Source: Eledone cirrhosa
Lineage: Eukaryota
DNA: 64,000 bases
Assembly (NCBI GenBank): GCA_964016885.1
Contig: OZ024764.1
Span: 17,112,001-17,176,000 of the forward strand
Direction of reading: 5' to 3'
The position numbers and the translations under genes are program-made. How positions within the stretch are numbered: the first letter of the stretch is position 1; every line of letters begins with the position of its first letter. The notes under the pieces were generated by a model that was not told where the DNA came from, made no database searches, and saw only the letters and a program-made list of their open reading frames with translations. Of the stretch, positions 40,130 to 53,747 are shown in pieces.

Positions 40130-40460
40130 CAGACATATGGCAGGGATTTTACATACAATCGTGTAAAAGATTTTAACAAACAAATTCAACAATCGAAATG
40201 CCCAATAGGGGGGAGGTGTTACAAATGGGTTGTTTAATACCCCATAGATAGAACAACCCTCAACTTCAGGAACGTGTTGTGCAAGTGCTCCTTTCTTCCT
40301 TTTGCTCTCTTCTTCAACCTAGAGGTTTATATACAGAGAAGGCCCAATCACTGGGGCCATTCTCGCCACATTCACCCTCCTTTCAGTAAATTTACTGAGG
40401 TGCAGTGCCTCTCTCTCCACCCTGATTCTCCTTCTAAAGTGGTACCTAAAGAAGGGAATG
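40130..40460 (-). mobile_element. Second, shorter L1/Tx1-type 3' fragment
   Basis: FFRYHFRRRIRVEREAL...VARMAPVIGPSLYINL is homologous to the end of the 39405 ORF. Confidence 0.75.
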
Positions 40461-40499
40461 ATAGATAGGTAAGTGGGTAGATAGATAGATATAGTGTAT

Positions 40500-41620
40500 G
40501 AACGCATGTCTTCTTTTCCCACTTATTCTTGGGAGTGTCATGGAGCCAGAGTCCTCAAACACTCCTTCCAGCAGGTCCTGTCAGAAGCAACCACTCCAAC
40601 TGATCCGGCTTGATCCCTAAGTGAGACCAGCTAAGCTCGTGGATGTTATCCAACCATCTTGTTCAAAGTGGGTCTACTGCTGGGTCTCCTACCGGTTGGT
40701 TTTGCCTGTAAAATCTGTCCAGAGATTCTTTCCTCAGACATTCTAACCACATGTCTGTAGTATCAGAGCTGTGATCTCTCAATCCAGAGATTCTTTCCTC
40801 AGACATTCTAACTACATGTCTGTAGTATCAGAACTGTGATCTCTCAATCCAGAGATTCTTTCCTCAGACATTCTAACCACATGTCTGTAGTATCAGAGCT
40901 GTGATCTCTCAATCCAGAGATTCTTTCCTCAGACATTCTAACCCCATGTCTGTAGTATCAGAGCTGTGATCTCTCAATCCAGAGATTCTTTCCTCAGACA
41001 TTCTAACCACATGTCTGTAGTATCAGAGCTGTGATCTCTCAATCCAGAGATTCTTTCCTCAGACATTCTAACTACATGTCTGTAGTATCAGAGCTGTGAT
41101 CTTTCAATTCAGAGATTCTTTCCTCAGACATTCTAACCACATGTCTGTAGTATCAGAGCTGTGATCTCTCAATCCAGAGATTCTTTCCTCAGACATTCTA
41201 ACCACATGTCTGTAGTATCAGAGCTGTGATCTTTCAATTCAGAGATTCTTTCCTCAGACATTCTAACCACATGTCTGTAGTATCAGAGCTGTGATCTCTC
41301 AATCCAGAGATTCTTTCCTCAGACATTCTAACCACATGTCTGTAGTATCAGAGCTGTGATCTTTCAATTCAGAGATTCTTTCCTCAGACATTCTAACCAC
41401 ATGTCTGTAGTATCAGAGCTGTGATCTCTCAATTCAGAGAACTAGCAGCTCTACCTGGAGTGACTCTCTGATCTCCAAGCTATGCAGTCAATCAAGTAAT
41501 ATTATTCCCAAAACCCTTCGCAGCACTGATCTTCATTCCATCCATGCAGTACTTGGTATCAAACCTATCAAGTGCAAGTCGGAGATCATCTTCTCTTGAG
41601 TTAAGTAACACCATGTCATC
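40500..41620 (-). mobile_element. RTE LINE 3' fragment with a 65-bp unit expanded about 11 times (40720-41440)
   Basis: Minus strand reads ...IRESLQVELL...HVVRMSEERISGQILQAKPTGRRP around the array. Confidence 0.85.
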
Positions 41621-41960
41621 TGCAAATTCAAGGGCGGAATAACAAAAAAATTACCATCATCATCATCACCATCAACATTGTCACCATCATCATCACCACC
41701 ACCACCGCCATCATCATCATCACCACCACCACCGCCATCATCATCATCACCCCCATCACACCACCATCGTTTATTAAGTACTGACCTGTCTGGACATGTC
41801 GAGATTGGTCCGTGTTTGAAACAAAAACATGAATGCATCATCATCATCATCCTCGCTGTCTGAAGAATCATTTTTTTAATCAATGTTTTAATTAATGTCC
41901 CTATAGCTGTGAATGTGAGCTTGTGCGTGTGTATATACACATATATATATATGTGTGTAG

Positions 41961-42009
<49 letters not shown>

Positions 42010-42331
42010 TATGTGTGTGTGTGGCTTTATAACCTATGTTTATTGCTCTGGTCTTTTTAGCCCGTGGAGCGATTGCCAGCATGACTCGGAATTTACGTTA
42101 CGTTTCGCTTTTTCTACCAGCCGAAATGCGATTCTCACTGAATTTCTATTTGTATATATATAGTATGTTTGTATGTATATGTATATATATATATATATAT
42201 GCTCGCACCAACCTGAGGTATATGGCCTTTAATGCGACGAAATGCCTACGACGGTTGGATGGCCACTGATGAGGACAAACTTTTTCATATGTAACCCATT
42301 TGCAGCGCCGCAGCTCCATTATTATCATATT

Positions 42332-42385
<54 letters not shown>

Positions 42386-43045
42386 GCCACTGCAACCTCC
42401 ACAAGCGTCGGAGGTTCTGCGAGAGCTACTTTCACAGGACTTTCTGGAATGAGATTGAGGAAATTCTCATTGACGACAGACGGCTGATTCAAAAGATCGT
42501 CAAAGGACTCAAACGACATGCAAAAGTACACGAACTCCAACCACAGCCGACTATTCCCAGTGAATGTTTTGGTTGCTGACTCTGTGGAAGACATTTTAGA
42601 TCATTGGCTGGGCTAAAAAACCCCATTCGATCGCAGTGCTGTTAGTTGCTATCGTGTGTGTGTGTGTGTGGGTAGATATGTTTATATGTGTGTGTGTGTG
42701 TTTGTGTCATTTTATAAGGGAGATCACTCTCACGGTATTTCTCTTCGTCATACACACGTGTGTGTGTGTGTGTGTGTGCGTGTGTATAAATATACACGTA
42801 AGTATATATATATATTTCGTTTCTGAATTTGTTTAGCAAGATTCTTTATCTGAAAACGTGTGTTGAAACCGATATTGTTATTATATTTACTATAATAAAT
42901 TGAAGTGAAAGCAACTGGTGCGTGTGTTTCTTATTGGCAACATGACTCTCCCAAAGTATAACAATATATATATATATATATATACACGTAAGTATATATT
43001 TATATATAATATATATATATATATATATACACGTAAGTATATATT

Positions 43046-43108
<63 letters not shown>

Positions 43109-43189
43109 ATATATATATATATATATGTCCCAAGGCTCTGATACCATCAACACTATAAACACAGAGCTGGCATATCTAAGAACTGACTA

Positions 43190-43245
43190 ACTGCCTGATG
43201 AGGTCATAGCCATTCAATGGCTATCATCGAAATATATATAGCAGT
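43190..43245 (+). ncRNA. Minimal type I hammerhead ribozyme motif
   Basis: actgc CTGATGA ggt-c-atagccat-tca-atggctat-c-atc GAAA tatata TA gcagt. Palindromic stem III, followed by AATAAA. Confidence 0.7.
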
Positions 43246-43302
43246 AAATAAAGGATTATGAGTTTATATGCAATATTTATTTATAAAACTGCTCTATATT
43301 AT

Positions 43303-43365
43303 ATTTTATCTGATGAAAGCACACCATAATTTAATTTGGTGTCCTTGAAATATGTATAATGAAAT
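43303..43365 (+). ncRNA. Minimal type I hammerhead ribozyme motif
   Basis: attttat CTGATGA aag-c-acacca...tggtgt-c-ctt GAAA tatgta TA atgaaat. Homolog on the minus strand at 49883-49945. Confidence 0.65.
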
Positions 43366-44295
43366 AAATATGGTTTTATAAATATAGTTTCCATTTGTTA
43401 ATATATCGTATTTTTACTCCAATAATTTGTTGAGTGCTTTATATCAGTTATAAAAATATTTGCTTGTTGTATCCCAACAATTTAAATAGAACTTCTACAT
43501 ATATATATATAGTTATAATAATAACTCTGTGAGTTTATTTTGGCTTCCTTAAAAAATTATTTTGTGGCGAAATTTTAGCATTTCTCTAAAATATAATCTT
43601 TTGTCATTCACTGCGGTCCTCTACTTCCTGACTTAATGCCACCCCCTCCCCTCCATCACTACAGTATATCATTCACTGCGGTCCCATTTTTTCCACTCTT
43701 ACTGTCAACAGTTAGCGATACCGTTTAGCAATTAAATTCTCGTTAATTATACTAATTAACCTGTTCCACTAATTCACACTTCTTTATACCAAGCTCAGTG
43801 GACCTCCGTCGGTTTCGGCGACGAGTACTACACGTTTGTTTGAGTTTTTTTTTAGCCAAGCTCTGGTGGGAGCATCGTGAAATGAAGTGACTTGCTCAAG
43901 GTCACATCAAACACAAGGTATTTCAATTATCTTCTCCTCTTCTTCTTCTTCGCCTTCTTCTATATGAGACAGTGGTGATGGTGGTGATGGTGGTGGTGGT
44001 GGTGATGTGATGTCTCCCCACCCACCCTGTTGCTGCAGCCAACTCATGGTAAAGGGGACAACCTGTGGTGAGGTCCTTTTATTCTCAGGTGGGCAGAGAT
44101 CCAGGCCACTGATGCAGCAATCGTGAGGTTGTGAGTTCGATTCCTCGACCAGATAATGCATTGTGTCCTTAAGCAAGACACTTTACTTCACGTTGCTCCA
44201 GTTTACTCAGCTGTAGAAGTTGTGATGTAAACTATCCAGAGATAACTTGAAGATCTCATTCCTGGATATGTCAATATTTATAAAACAAACTTTGT

Positions 44296-44355
44296 ATTTT
44301 ATCTGATGAGAACGTACCAAAGTTTTGGTACCCTTGAAATATATATAATAGAATA
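44296..44355 (+). ncRNA. Minimal type I hammerhead ribozyme motif
   Basis: attttat CTGATGA gaacgtaccaaa-gt-tttggtaccctt GAAA tatata TA atagaat. Confidence 0.6.
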
Positions 44356-44489
44356 AATATAGTTTCCATTTATTTAATATCATTGAATATTATACTCCAG
44401 AAAACCTGTCGAGTGCTTCGAATCAGTTATAAACATATATATTTGTTGAATTACCAACAAATTGAATATCCCTTTGCTTATATATATAC

Positions 44490-45200
44490 AAATATATATA
44501 TACACAAATAAATATATATATACATACACACACACATATATACATACACACACACATATATATACACACGCACACATATACATACACATATACACGCACA
44601 CATACACATATATATACATACACACACATATACATACACATATACACGCACACATACACATATATACACACGCATATATATGTGTGTGTGTGTGCTAGGT
44701 GTGAAACTACGGTTACAGGCAGGGCGCCGTTGGAAGCACTCAATACTGTCACCAAGTGTGTCCCATGTTGGGTTGCGTTCCAAGGTTAAGGAAGCTGTAG
44801 TGTGCAACATGTAAATAGATTTCAAAGAATCGAAGTCAGTTGTGCAGCATATGTGTAAACCTTATTGTTTTGATATTGATCAGTTCAGGGTACAATAGAT
44901 AAAAAAGAAGGACCCTGTCATCTTGATTGGACCCTCCACTGATCAATATTAAAACAATTGCAATATGCAAATAAATGTTTGTGTATATACTGCAACATTG
45001 ATTTCGTTTCTATTTGATCTTTCCCTCTCTCTCTATATATATATGTATATATATATATATACACACACATATATATATATATATATACGCATGTATATAT
45101 ATATATATATACACATATATATATATATATACACATATATATATATATATATACGCATGTATATATATATATATACACATGTATATATATATATATACAC

Positions 45201-45231
<31 letters not shown>

Positions 45232-45434
45232 TATATATATATATACACATATATACACATATATATATACACATATATACACATATATATATATACACAT
45301 ATATACACACACATATATATATATATATAATTATACACATGTGGACAAGTAGCTAGATGCTGTGCTGAATAAGACCCATCCCACCCGTGCAAGCAGGGAA
45401 AAGCGGACGTAAAATGATGATGATGATGATATAT

Positions 45435-45467
<33 letters not shown>

Positions 45468-45712
45468 AATGTATATATATATACATACACATATATAAAT
45501 GTATATATATATACATATATATACACATATATATATAAATATATATATATACATATATATATATATAAATATATATATATACATATATATATATATAAAT
45601 ATATATATATACATATATATATATATAAATATATATATAAATATATATATATACATATATATATAAATATATATATATACATATATATATAAATGTATAT
45701 ATATATACATAT
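44490..45712. repeat. (TA)n/(CA)n microsatellite blocks with embedded RTE tail fragment
   Basis: Directly visible. Confidence 0.85.
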
Positions 45713-46617
45713 ATCGAAAGGTTGTGAGTTCAATTCTCAGACCGGGTGATGTGTTGTTTCCTTGAGCAAGACACTTTATTTCACATTGCTCCAGTTTACT
45801 CAGCTGTAGAAATGAGATGATAGGGACTGGGGTCCCTATCATTCCACTGCAAAGTGGTCGTGGAGGTGCCACGGCAAAAAAGCACCCAGCACTCACTGTA
45901 AATGAGGTTGGTGTTAGGAAGGGCATCCAGCTGTAGAAATCAAGCCAGGATCAGTTCCTGTCCCACCCTTGCAAGCAGGGAAAAGCGGACGTAAAATGAA
46001 ATGATATATATAAATGTATATATGTATATACATATATATGTAAATATATATATATATATATGTATATATACACATATACATATAAACATAAAGCCCTTGC
46101 TGTTCCCCTCCTTTTCCGTTTTCATAACCATAAAAGCCACTTGAATTTTTTACAATAAATTTCATAAAAGTCTGCCATATTTTATATTTTTCTCTTATTT
46201 CAGATGATATCGGAATTGGAATAAAAGAATTATTTCCTTTTGGATACATACATGTACGGTCCCGTAACTCCTGAAGGGGTCATAAGGGCATTATATTAAT
46301 ATATGACATTTCTAGGGCATTTTAAAACCAAGTGGAGCCCCATCTCTCTCTATCTATATCTCTCTCTCTCTCTCTAGGCCTGAATACAGCAGATCTCTTC
46401 CAGAGAAAGATAGAGAGCAAGAGAAAGAGATATAGAGGAAGAATCAACCCTCTGACCAGATATGGCTGGTTTAAATGCTAAAGGGTTAAACTAAACTCGG
46501 GTTACAAAGGAATTCTTATCACCTTCAAATATTGACTAAAATCATACTTGATGGAAATATAATATTAATATTAAGAAGAAAATATTAAAACTGAAAGCTT
46601 CATATGTATATTTTGTC

Positions 46618-47583
46618 ATGAGAAAAAGCATTATGGAAAATAAATTGTGTGAGAAGCAAATTAAATGTGAAACAGAATCTAAAATGATTGATTTTCCTGA
46701 TGAGAAATCAAAGTGTAAGACAGAAACGAAAGCAAACTATTGTGATATCTGTAACAAATCATTCTCTACAAAACGCAACCTCACGGTTCACAAACGTATT
46801 CATACTGGAGAGAAGCCATATCACTGTGATGTCTGTGGTAAATCATTCTCTCAATCTAGTGACATAACCAGTCATAAACGTATTCATACTGGAGAGAAAC
46901 CATATCACTGTGATATCTGTGGTAAATCATTCTCTAAAAGTGATCATTTAACTACTCACAAACGTATTCATACAGGAGAGAAGCCATATCACTGTGATAT
47001 CTGTGGTAAATCGTTCTATAAAAATTCTAACTTATCTGCTCACAAAGTTATCCATACAGGAGAGAAACCATATCACTGTGATATCTGTGGTAAATCATTC
47101 TTTCAAAACAGTGAGTTAACAAGACACAGTCGCATTCACACGGGAGAGAAACCGTACGATTGTGATGTCTGCGGTAAATCATTCTCTTTAAATGAATCGT
47201 TGACTAGACACAAACGTATTCATACAGGAGAGAAGCCATATCACTGTGATATCTGTGGTAAATCATTCTCTCAAAATAGTCACTTAAGCAACCACAAACC
47301 TGTCCACACAGCAGAGAAGCCATATCACTGTGATATCTGTGGTAAATCATTCTCTCAGATTTTTCACTTAACCATACACATACGAGTTCATACAGGAGAG
47401 AAGCCATATCACTGTGATGTATGTGGTAAGTCATTCTCTCAAAGATATAGGTTGACTACACACAAAAACATCCATACAGGAGAGAAACCTTATCAATGTG
47501 ATATCTGTGGTAAATCATTCTTTCATAGAAATGGCTTAACCTCACACAAAAACACTCATACTACGGAAAAAATACCTGATTAA
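46618..47583 (+). CDS. C2H2 zinc-finger protein, 10 fingers (ZNF4)
   Basis: 321-aa ORF with regular [16 protein letters not shown] repeats and a decayed extra finger after the stop. Confidence 0.93.
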   Translation: MRKSIMENKLCEKQIKCETESKMIDFPDEKSKCKTETKANYCDICNKSFSTKRNLTVHKRIHTGEKPYHCDVCGKSFSQSSDITSHKRIHTGEKPYHCDICGKSFSKSDHLTTHKRIHTGEKPYHCDICGKSFYKNSNLSAHKVIHTGEKPYHCDICGKSFFQNSELTRHSRIHTGEKPYDCDVCGKSFSLNESLTRHKRIHTGEKPYHCDICGKSFSQNSHLSNHKPVHTAEKPYHCDICGKSFSQIFHLTIHIRVHTGEKPYHCDVCGKSFSQRYRLTTHKNIHTGEKPYQCDICGKSFFHRNGLTSHKNTHTTEKIPD

Positions 47584-47671
47584 CACCTGTCATATCTATG
47601 GTAAATAACTCTCTCCCATCTTCAGTATACCTGAACTGCTCCCAGACATTCATACAGAAACCATATCACTG

Positions 47672-47970
47672 TCATCATCATCATCATCATTTTACGTCTG
47701 CTTTTCCCTTCTTGCAAGGGTGGGACGGGTCCTATTCAGCACAGCATCTCTCCACTTGTCACGGTCCTTCGTCATCTCCTCCGTGAGCTTCAGCAACCTG
47801 AGGTCTGCTCTCACCACCTCCGCCCATGTTTTTTGTGGTCTTCCACTACTGGGATTTCTTGGCACTTCTTTACCCAGTGGTCATCCTCCATGCACATCAC
47901 ATGTCCATACCATCTCAGTCTTCTCTCCTGCACACCCCAACCTATCCCTCTTATACACAGTTTCTCCCTA
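47672..47970 (-). mobile_element. RTE LINE 3' fragment
   Basis: Homologous to 37499-37800. Confidence 0.8.
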
Positions 47971-48242
47971 AATATTATATTATATGAAATATATGTAAAA
48001 ATAAATAAATTTTCTTTGTATTAAAGAACACAGACTTCTTGTTTTTTTATTTTTTGTTTTATGAAAATAGACCCCCCCCCCCCACCACCGAACAAGATGG
48101 TTGGATAACATCCACAAACTCGGCTGGTCTCTGTTGGGGGAACCTGCCAGAACAGGTGGCGACAGTTGCTTCTTACAGGACATTCTGAAAGGAGTGTTTG
48201 AGGACTCTGCCCCACTTCAGAAATAAGTGAACGAAAAAAAAA

Positions 48243-48700
48243 ATGTTTTTAGATAAATATAAACAGTGTTGGTGTTTGGAACATAACTTAACAAAGGTTC
48301 TTACATAAAATTATGATGGAATGTTTTTAGATAAATATAAACACTTTAACCCTTTCATTACCATATTTCTAATGAAAGACACTGTTGGTGTTTGGAACAT
48401 AACTTAACAAAGGTTCTTATATAAAATTATGATGGAATGTTTTTAGATAAATATAAACACTTTAACCCTTTCATTACCATATTTCTAATGAAAGCCACTG
48501 TTGGTGTTTGGAACATAACTTAACAAAGGTTCTTATATAAAATTATGATGGAATGTTTTTAGATAAATATAAACACTTTAACCCTTTTGTTACCATATTT
48601 CTACTGAAAGACACTGTTGGTGTTTGGAACACAACTTAACAAAGGTTCTTACATAAAATTATGATGGAGGGTTTTTAGATAAATATAAAGAATTTAACCC
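48243..48700. repeat. 116-bp tandem repeat (about 4 copies) containing a TTAACCCTTT terminus
   Basis: ATGTTTTTAGATAAAT at 48321, 48437, 48553. Confidence 0.85.
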
Positions 48701-49017
48701 TGAGAATCATTCCATTGCTGACACAATCTACTGGTCACAACTCCTGGAAAGGGTCACAACTCCGTGAAATAAAGTGTCTTGCTCAAGGACATAACGCATC
48801 AGTTTGTCTGAGAATCAAACTCGCAACCTCACGATTCTCTAACCCCCACGATACACACCTTCCCATATCATCTCCCCGCTTGCTGATTAGATCAGAAGGG
48901 AGACAAAAGATGTCAGACCTTTCTAGGGAGTCTCTGGTGCAGTAGACCGAATCTGACTCTCGTGTCACCTACGTGATAGTTACTCAGGTGTAACCATTCT
49001 CTTCCTCACTGACTAAT

Positions 49018-49056
<39 letters not shown>

Positions 49057-49279
49057 AGTATAGAGAGATAGATAGATAGATATGTATATATATATATATA
49101 TACACATGCATATATATACGTAAACATATATGTCTGTGTATATATACATATATATATATACGACCCGTCCCACCCTTGCAAGCAGGGCAAAGCGGACGTA
49201 AAATGATGATGATGATATACGTAAACATATATGTCTATGTATATATATATATATATATATATACGTAAACATATATATG

Positions 49280-49311
<32 letters not shown>

Positions 49312-49499
49312 CGTAAACATATATGTCTGTGTATATATATATATATATATATACGTAAACATATATATATGTATGTTTGTATGTACATAAAGATATAAGT
49401 TTGTATGTATATAAATATACACATGCATATATATACATAAATATATATATGTTTGTATGTATATAAATATATTATATATAATGGAGGCACATGGCTTAG

Positions 49500-49826
49500 T
49501 TTTACGTCCACTTTTTCCCTGCTTGCAAGGGTGGGACGGGAACTGATTCTGGCTTGATTTCTACAGCTGGATGCCCTTCCTAACACCAACCTCATTTACA
49601 GTGAGTGCTGGGTGCTTTTTTTGCTGTGGCACCTCCATGACCACTTTGCAGTGGAATGATAGGGACCCCAGTCCCTATCATCTCATTTCTACAGCTGAGT
49701 AAACTGGAGCAATGGGAAATAAAGTGTCTTGCTCAAGGAAACAACACATCACCCGGTCTGAGAATTGAACTCACAACCTTTCGATTGCAAGGCCAATGCT
49801 CTAACCACTAAGCCATGTGCCTCCAT
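49500..49826 (-). mobile_element. SINE family 1, full-length
   Basis: Reverse complement of 53748-54090. Confidence 0.88.
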
Positions 49827-49882
49827 ATATATATATATACGATATATTAACAAATGGAAACTATATTTATAAAACCATATTT

Positions 49883-49945
49883 ATTTCATTATACATATTT
49901 CAAGGACACCAAGTCAAATTATGGTGCGCTTTCATCAGATAAAAT
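49883..49945 (-). ncRNA. Minimal type I hammerhead ribozyme motif
   Basis: Reverse-complement homolog of 43303-43365 with intact CTGATGA and GAAA. Confidence 0.62.
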
Positions 49946-50520
49946 ATAATATAGATCAGTTTTATAAATAAATATTGATATACCCTTAAAGAATGCGACC
50001 ATTTCTGTTGGAAGCTCCCGGATAGTGGGGTTATTAAATTATTTAGTCTATTATGCAAATTAGTGTCGGATATGTTTAAATCACAGTAGATTTAAAATAA
50101 GCAGTTATATATAGACATACGTACATACATATATGTATATATCAGCCGTTACATACATACATATATATATATATATATAGACATACATACGTACATACAT
50201 ATATATATATATATATATATTTATTAAAATAACAGATTAAAGTTTAAGCAAAGAATCGCTGCTTTCACCCTTAACGGGATCTTCTGAAACTAACAAAGTC
50301 AATCTGTGAACGCAGAAGTGAATATTTCAAAAAACGTTGCAACATATATATATATGTGTGTGTGTGTATACATACATATATTTGTGAGTGTTTATGTATA
50401 TATGTGTATATACATATTATATATTTTTACCCATAATCTTCCAATACTTTAGTGTATGTACACTCCATATTCTTCGGAGTTTTCGGCTTGTATTGGCCGA
50501 TAGTACTTCTTGTGGTTTTG

Positions 50521-50566
50521 ATTGCCCTGATGAGTCCTTAATAGGACGAAACATTGTTGGCTAATA
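50521..50566 (+). ncRNA. Minimal type I hammerhead ribozyme motif
   Basis: gcc CTGATGA gtcct-taat-aggac GAAA cattg TT ggc. Perfect stem II with a G-C closing pair, followed by AATAAA. Confidence 0.72.
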
Positions 50567-50770
50567 AAGACTTTTGATGTATTGAAGGCTTCTTTGTTTT
50601 ATTTTCATAATTCTTCGGCTCTGTTTAATTACATTGAGCTATACCTTTTACTGTCATTTCTATAATACGAAGAGGGTGTTTAACTCCAACACGCTCCAGT
50701 ATTTTAATCCTTATATATATATATATATGATAAAGAACACAAGAGCGTCTACAACATCAAAAGATTTTTA

Positions 50771-50820
50771 TTGGCTTACAATGTTTCTTCCTTACGTAAC
50801 CGTAGGATTCGTCAGAGCTA
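50771..50820 (-). ncRNA. Minimal type I hammerhead ribozyme motif
   Basis: Minus strand: gct CTGACGA atcctacg-gtta-cgtaaggaa GAAA cattg TA agc, then AATAAA. Confidence 0.62.
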
Positions 50821-51041
50821 TAAAAGGGGTTTGATTGGTGTTATGGACTCTACCAACCAAACATTCAAGAACAAAGAGTAAAGAGAGTAAAGAGCAAAAG
50901 TAGGGGACGATAAGTCTAATTTTGGTTTATATATATATATATATGTGTGTGTGTGTATGTGTGTGAGTGTCTAAAGATAAACATGTGTGTGACTATATAT
51001 ATATATATGAATATATACATATATTTGTGAATGTCTGTGTG

Positions 51042-51074
<33 letters not shown>

Positions 51075-51340
51075 GTGTGTGTTTGTGTGTGTGTAATTGT
51101 ATATAGATAAATGTATATATGTGTGTAAGTAGATATATATATATGTGTGTGTGTGTGTAATTGTATATAGATAAATGTATATATGTGTGTAAGTAGATAT
51201 ATATATATATGTGTGTGTGTGTGTAATTGTATATAGATAAATGTATATATGTGTGTAAGTATATATATATATATATATATGTGTGTGTAATTGTATATAG
51301 ATAAACGTATATATGTGTGTAAGTATATATATATATATAT

Positions 51341-51685
51341 GGAGGCACATGGCTTAGTGGTTAGAGCATTGGCTTTGCAATCGAAAGGTTGTGAGTTCAA
51401 TTCTCAGACCGGGTGATGTGTTGTGTACTTGAGCAAGACACTTTATTTCACATTGCTCCAGTTTACTCAGCTGTAGAAATGAGATGATAGGGACTGGGGT
51501 CCCTATCATTCCACTGCAAAGTGGCCGTGGAGGTGCCACGGCAAAAAAGCACCCAGCACTCACTGTAAATGAGGTTGGTGTTAGGAAGGGCATCCAGCTG
51601 TAGAAATCAAGCCAGCATCAGTTCCCGTCCCACCCTTGAAAGCAGGGAAAAAGCGGACGTAAAATGAAATGATGAATGAATGATG
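51341..51685 (+). mobile_element. SINE family 1, full-length
   Basis: TGGCTTAGTGG A-box, GAGTTCAATTC B-box, RTE-like 3' tail. Confidence 0.9.
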
Positions 51686-51949
51686 ATATATATGTGTGTG
51701 TAATTGTATATAGATAAATGTATATATGTGTGTAAGTGTGTATATAGCTATATATATATATAGCTATGTATGTATATACATATATACATACATATATTTG
51801 TGAATGTCTATGTGTGTATATATATATATGTGTGTGTGAGTGTCTATATATATATATATATATAATGGAAAAATTTGAACAGGAACAAAACAGAGAGGCA
51901 GTACAACGAATGTTTATTAATTTCACGCTCTGGAGAGTGCGGTGTTGGT

Positions 51950-51990
51950 GGGGAACGACGTTTCGGGCATAAGCCCTTCCTCAGGTGGGA
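51950..51990 (-). ncRNA. Hammerhead-like core without an evident stem I
   Basis: Minus strand: CTGAGGA a-gggc-ttat-gccc GAAA cgtcg. Confidence 0.35.
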
Positions 51991-52429
51991 AGTGTGTGGG
52001 AACAGAGTTCAAAAGGTGTGTAGGGGAGTGGTGGAGAGACATATAGCGAAAGGAAACGGTGCGAATGAAATTAAAAATAAAAATAAAGCATGATCAAAAT
52101 ACAAGGAATGAAATAAATTTAAATATAAAAGCATGATCAAAATAAACTGAAATTAAAAGGGGGGTAAAACAGGTGGTGGAAGGGTGTGGGTGTGTAGGGG
52201 TGGTGGCGGGTGGAGTGGGGAGAGGGAGACGGGGTGTCCGAGCGGGGAGGGCTGAAGGTGGTGTGTGTGTGTGTGTGTGTATGTGAAAGTAAGGGTTGGG
52301 GGAAGAACGTGTATGTGCTTGTATATATATATATATACACACACAGTAATGTGGTTCAAAGGAATTTGCAAAGTCAGAGAGAACAATAGAGTTATGGTTG
52401 GCCAGTTAATGTTGAAGTTGTGGCTTTTG

Positions 52430-52533
52430 TGTATGTATGTATATATATATATGTATGTGTATGTGTGTGTATATATATATGTGTGTATATATATATGTGT
52501 GTGTATATATATATATAAATATATATGTGTGTG

Positions 52534-52608
<75 letters not shown>

Positions 52609-52726
52609 ACACATATGCACAGATATGCATATATATATATACACCATTTATATATGTATACATGCATGTATGTATTCTTATATATATGTATATAAACATA
52701 TATATATGTATGAATGTACATACATA

Positions 52727-52771
<45 letters not shown>

Positions 52772-52993
52772 CGTAAAAGCAGACATGTATATGCACAAGG
52801 CTATAATATTTCTCGTATATATACATATATATATACATACATATATACACATATATACACACACAGCGTTATATATTATATAACATCATCTCACAAACAC
52901 TGTATTGTTCTCAGATGAGAACATCTCTAACTTATCAAACAACAGTATATACAACGTGAAGATTGTATATATATATATATATATATATATGCG

Positions 52994-53027
<34 letters not shown>

Positions 53028-53103
53028 CAAATAGCACGTGGCAACTAATGTGCTTTGGTGAGTTAGGTATATATTATATAATATACACATGTATACCTGG
53101 GTG

Positions 53104-53134
<31 letters not shown>

Positions 53135-53355
53135 GTGTGTATATATATATGTATATTTATATATATGTATATGAGAACTGTTATATAACTTAATACATGC
53201 ACATATAAATATATATATGCGTGTGTTAAGTTATATAACATTTATATATACATATATATGAATATAAATATATATACATATATATGAATATAAATATATA
53301 TACATATATATATATATAAATATATATACATATATATATATATAAATATATATAC

Positions 53356-53399
<44 letters not shown>

Positions 53400-53449
53400 A
53401 TATATATATATATACACATATATGTATACATATGTATACATATATATGA

Positions 53450-53482
<33 letters not shown>

Positions 53483-53488
53483 CATACA

Positions 53489-53549
<61 letters not shown>

Positions 53550-53651
53550 ATATATATATATATATATACACATATATGTATACATATATATGTATACATA
53601 TATATGTATACATACATATATATATATATACACACACACATATATATATAT

Positions 53652-53704
<53 letters not shown>

Positions 53705-53745
53705 AATGTATACATATATATACATATATATGTATATATGTATAT
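52430..53745. repeat. (TA)n-rich compound microsatellite region
   Basis: Directly visible. Confidence 0.9.
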
Positions 53746-53747
53746 GT

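Noticed and set aside
42262-42290. CTGATGAG as another hammerhead core
   Set aside because: No stem II followed by GAAA downstream.
51341-51415. tRNA gene calls at SINE heads (also 53748, 11815)
   Set aside because: A and B boxes are present, but the sequence continues into a multi-copy SINE body and RTE-like tail, and I see no clean cloverleaf.
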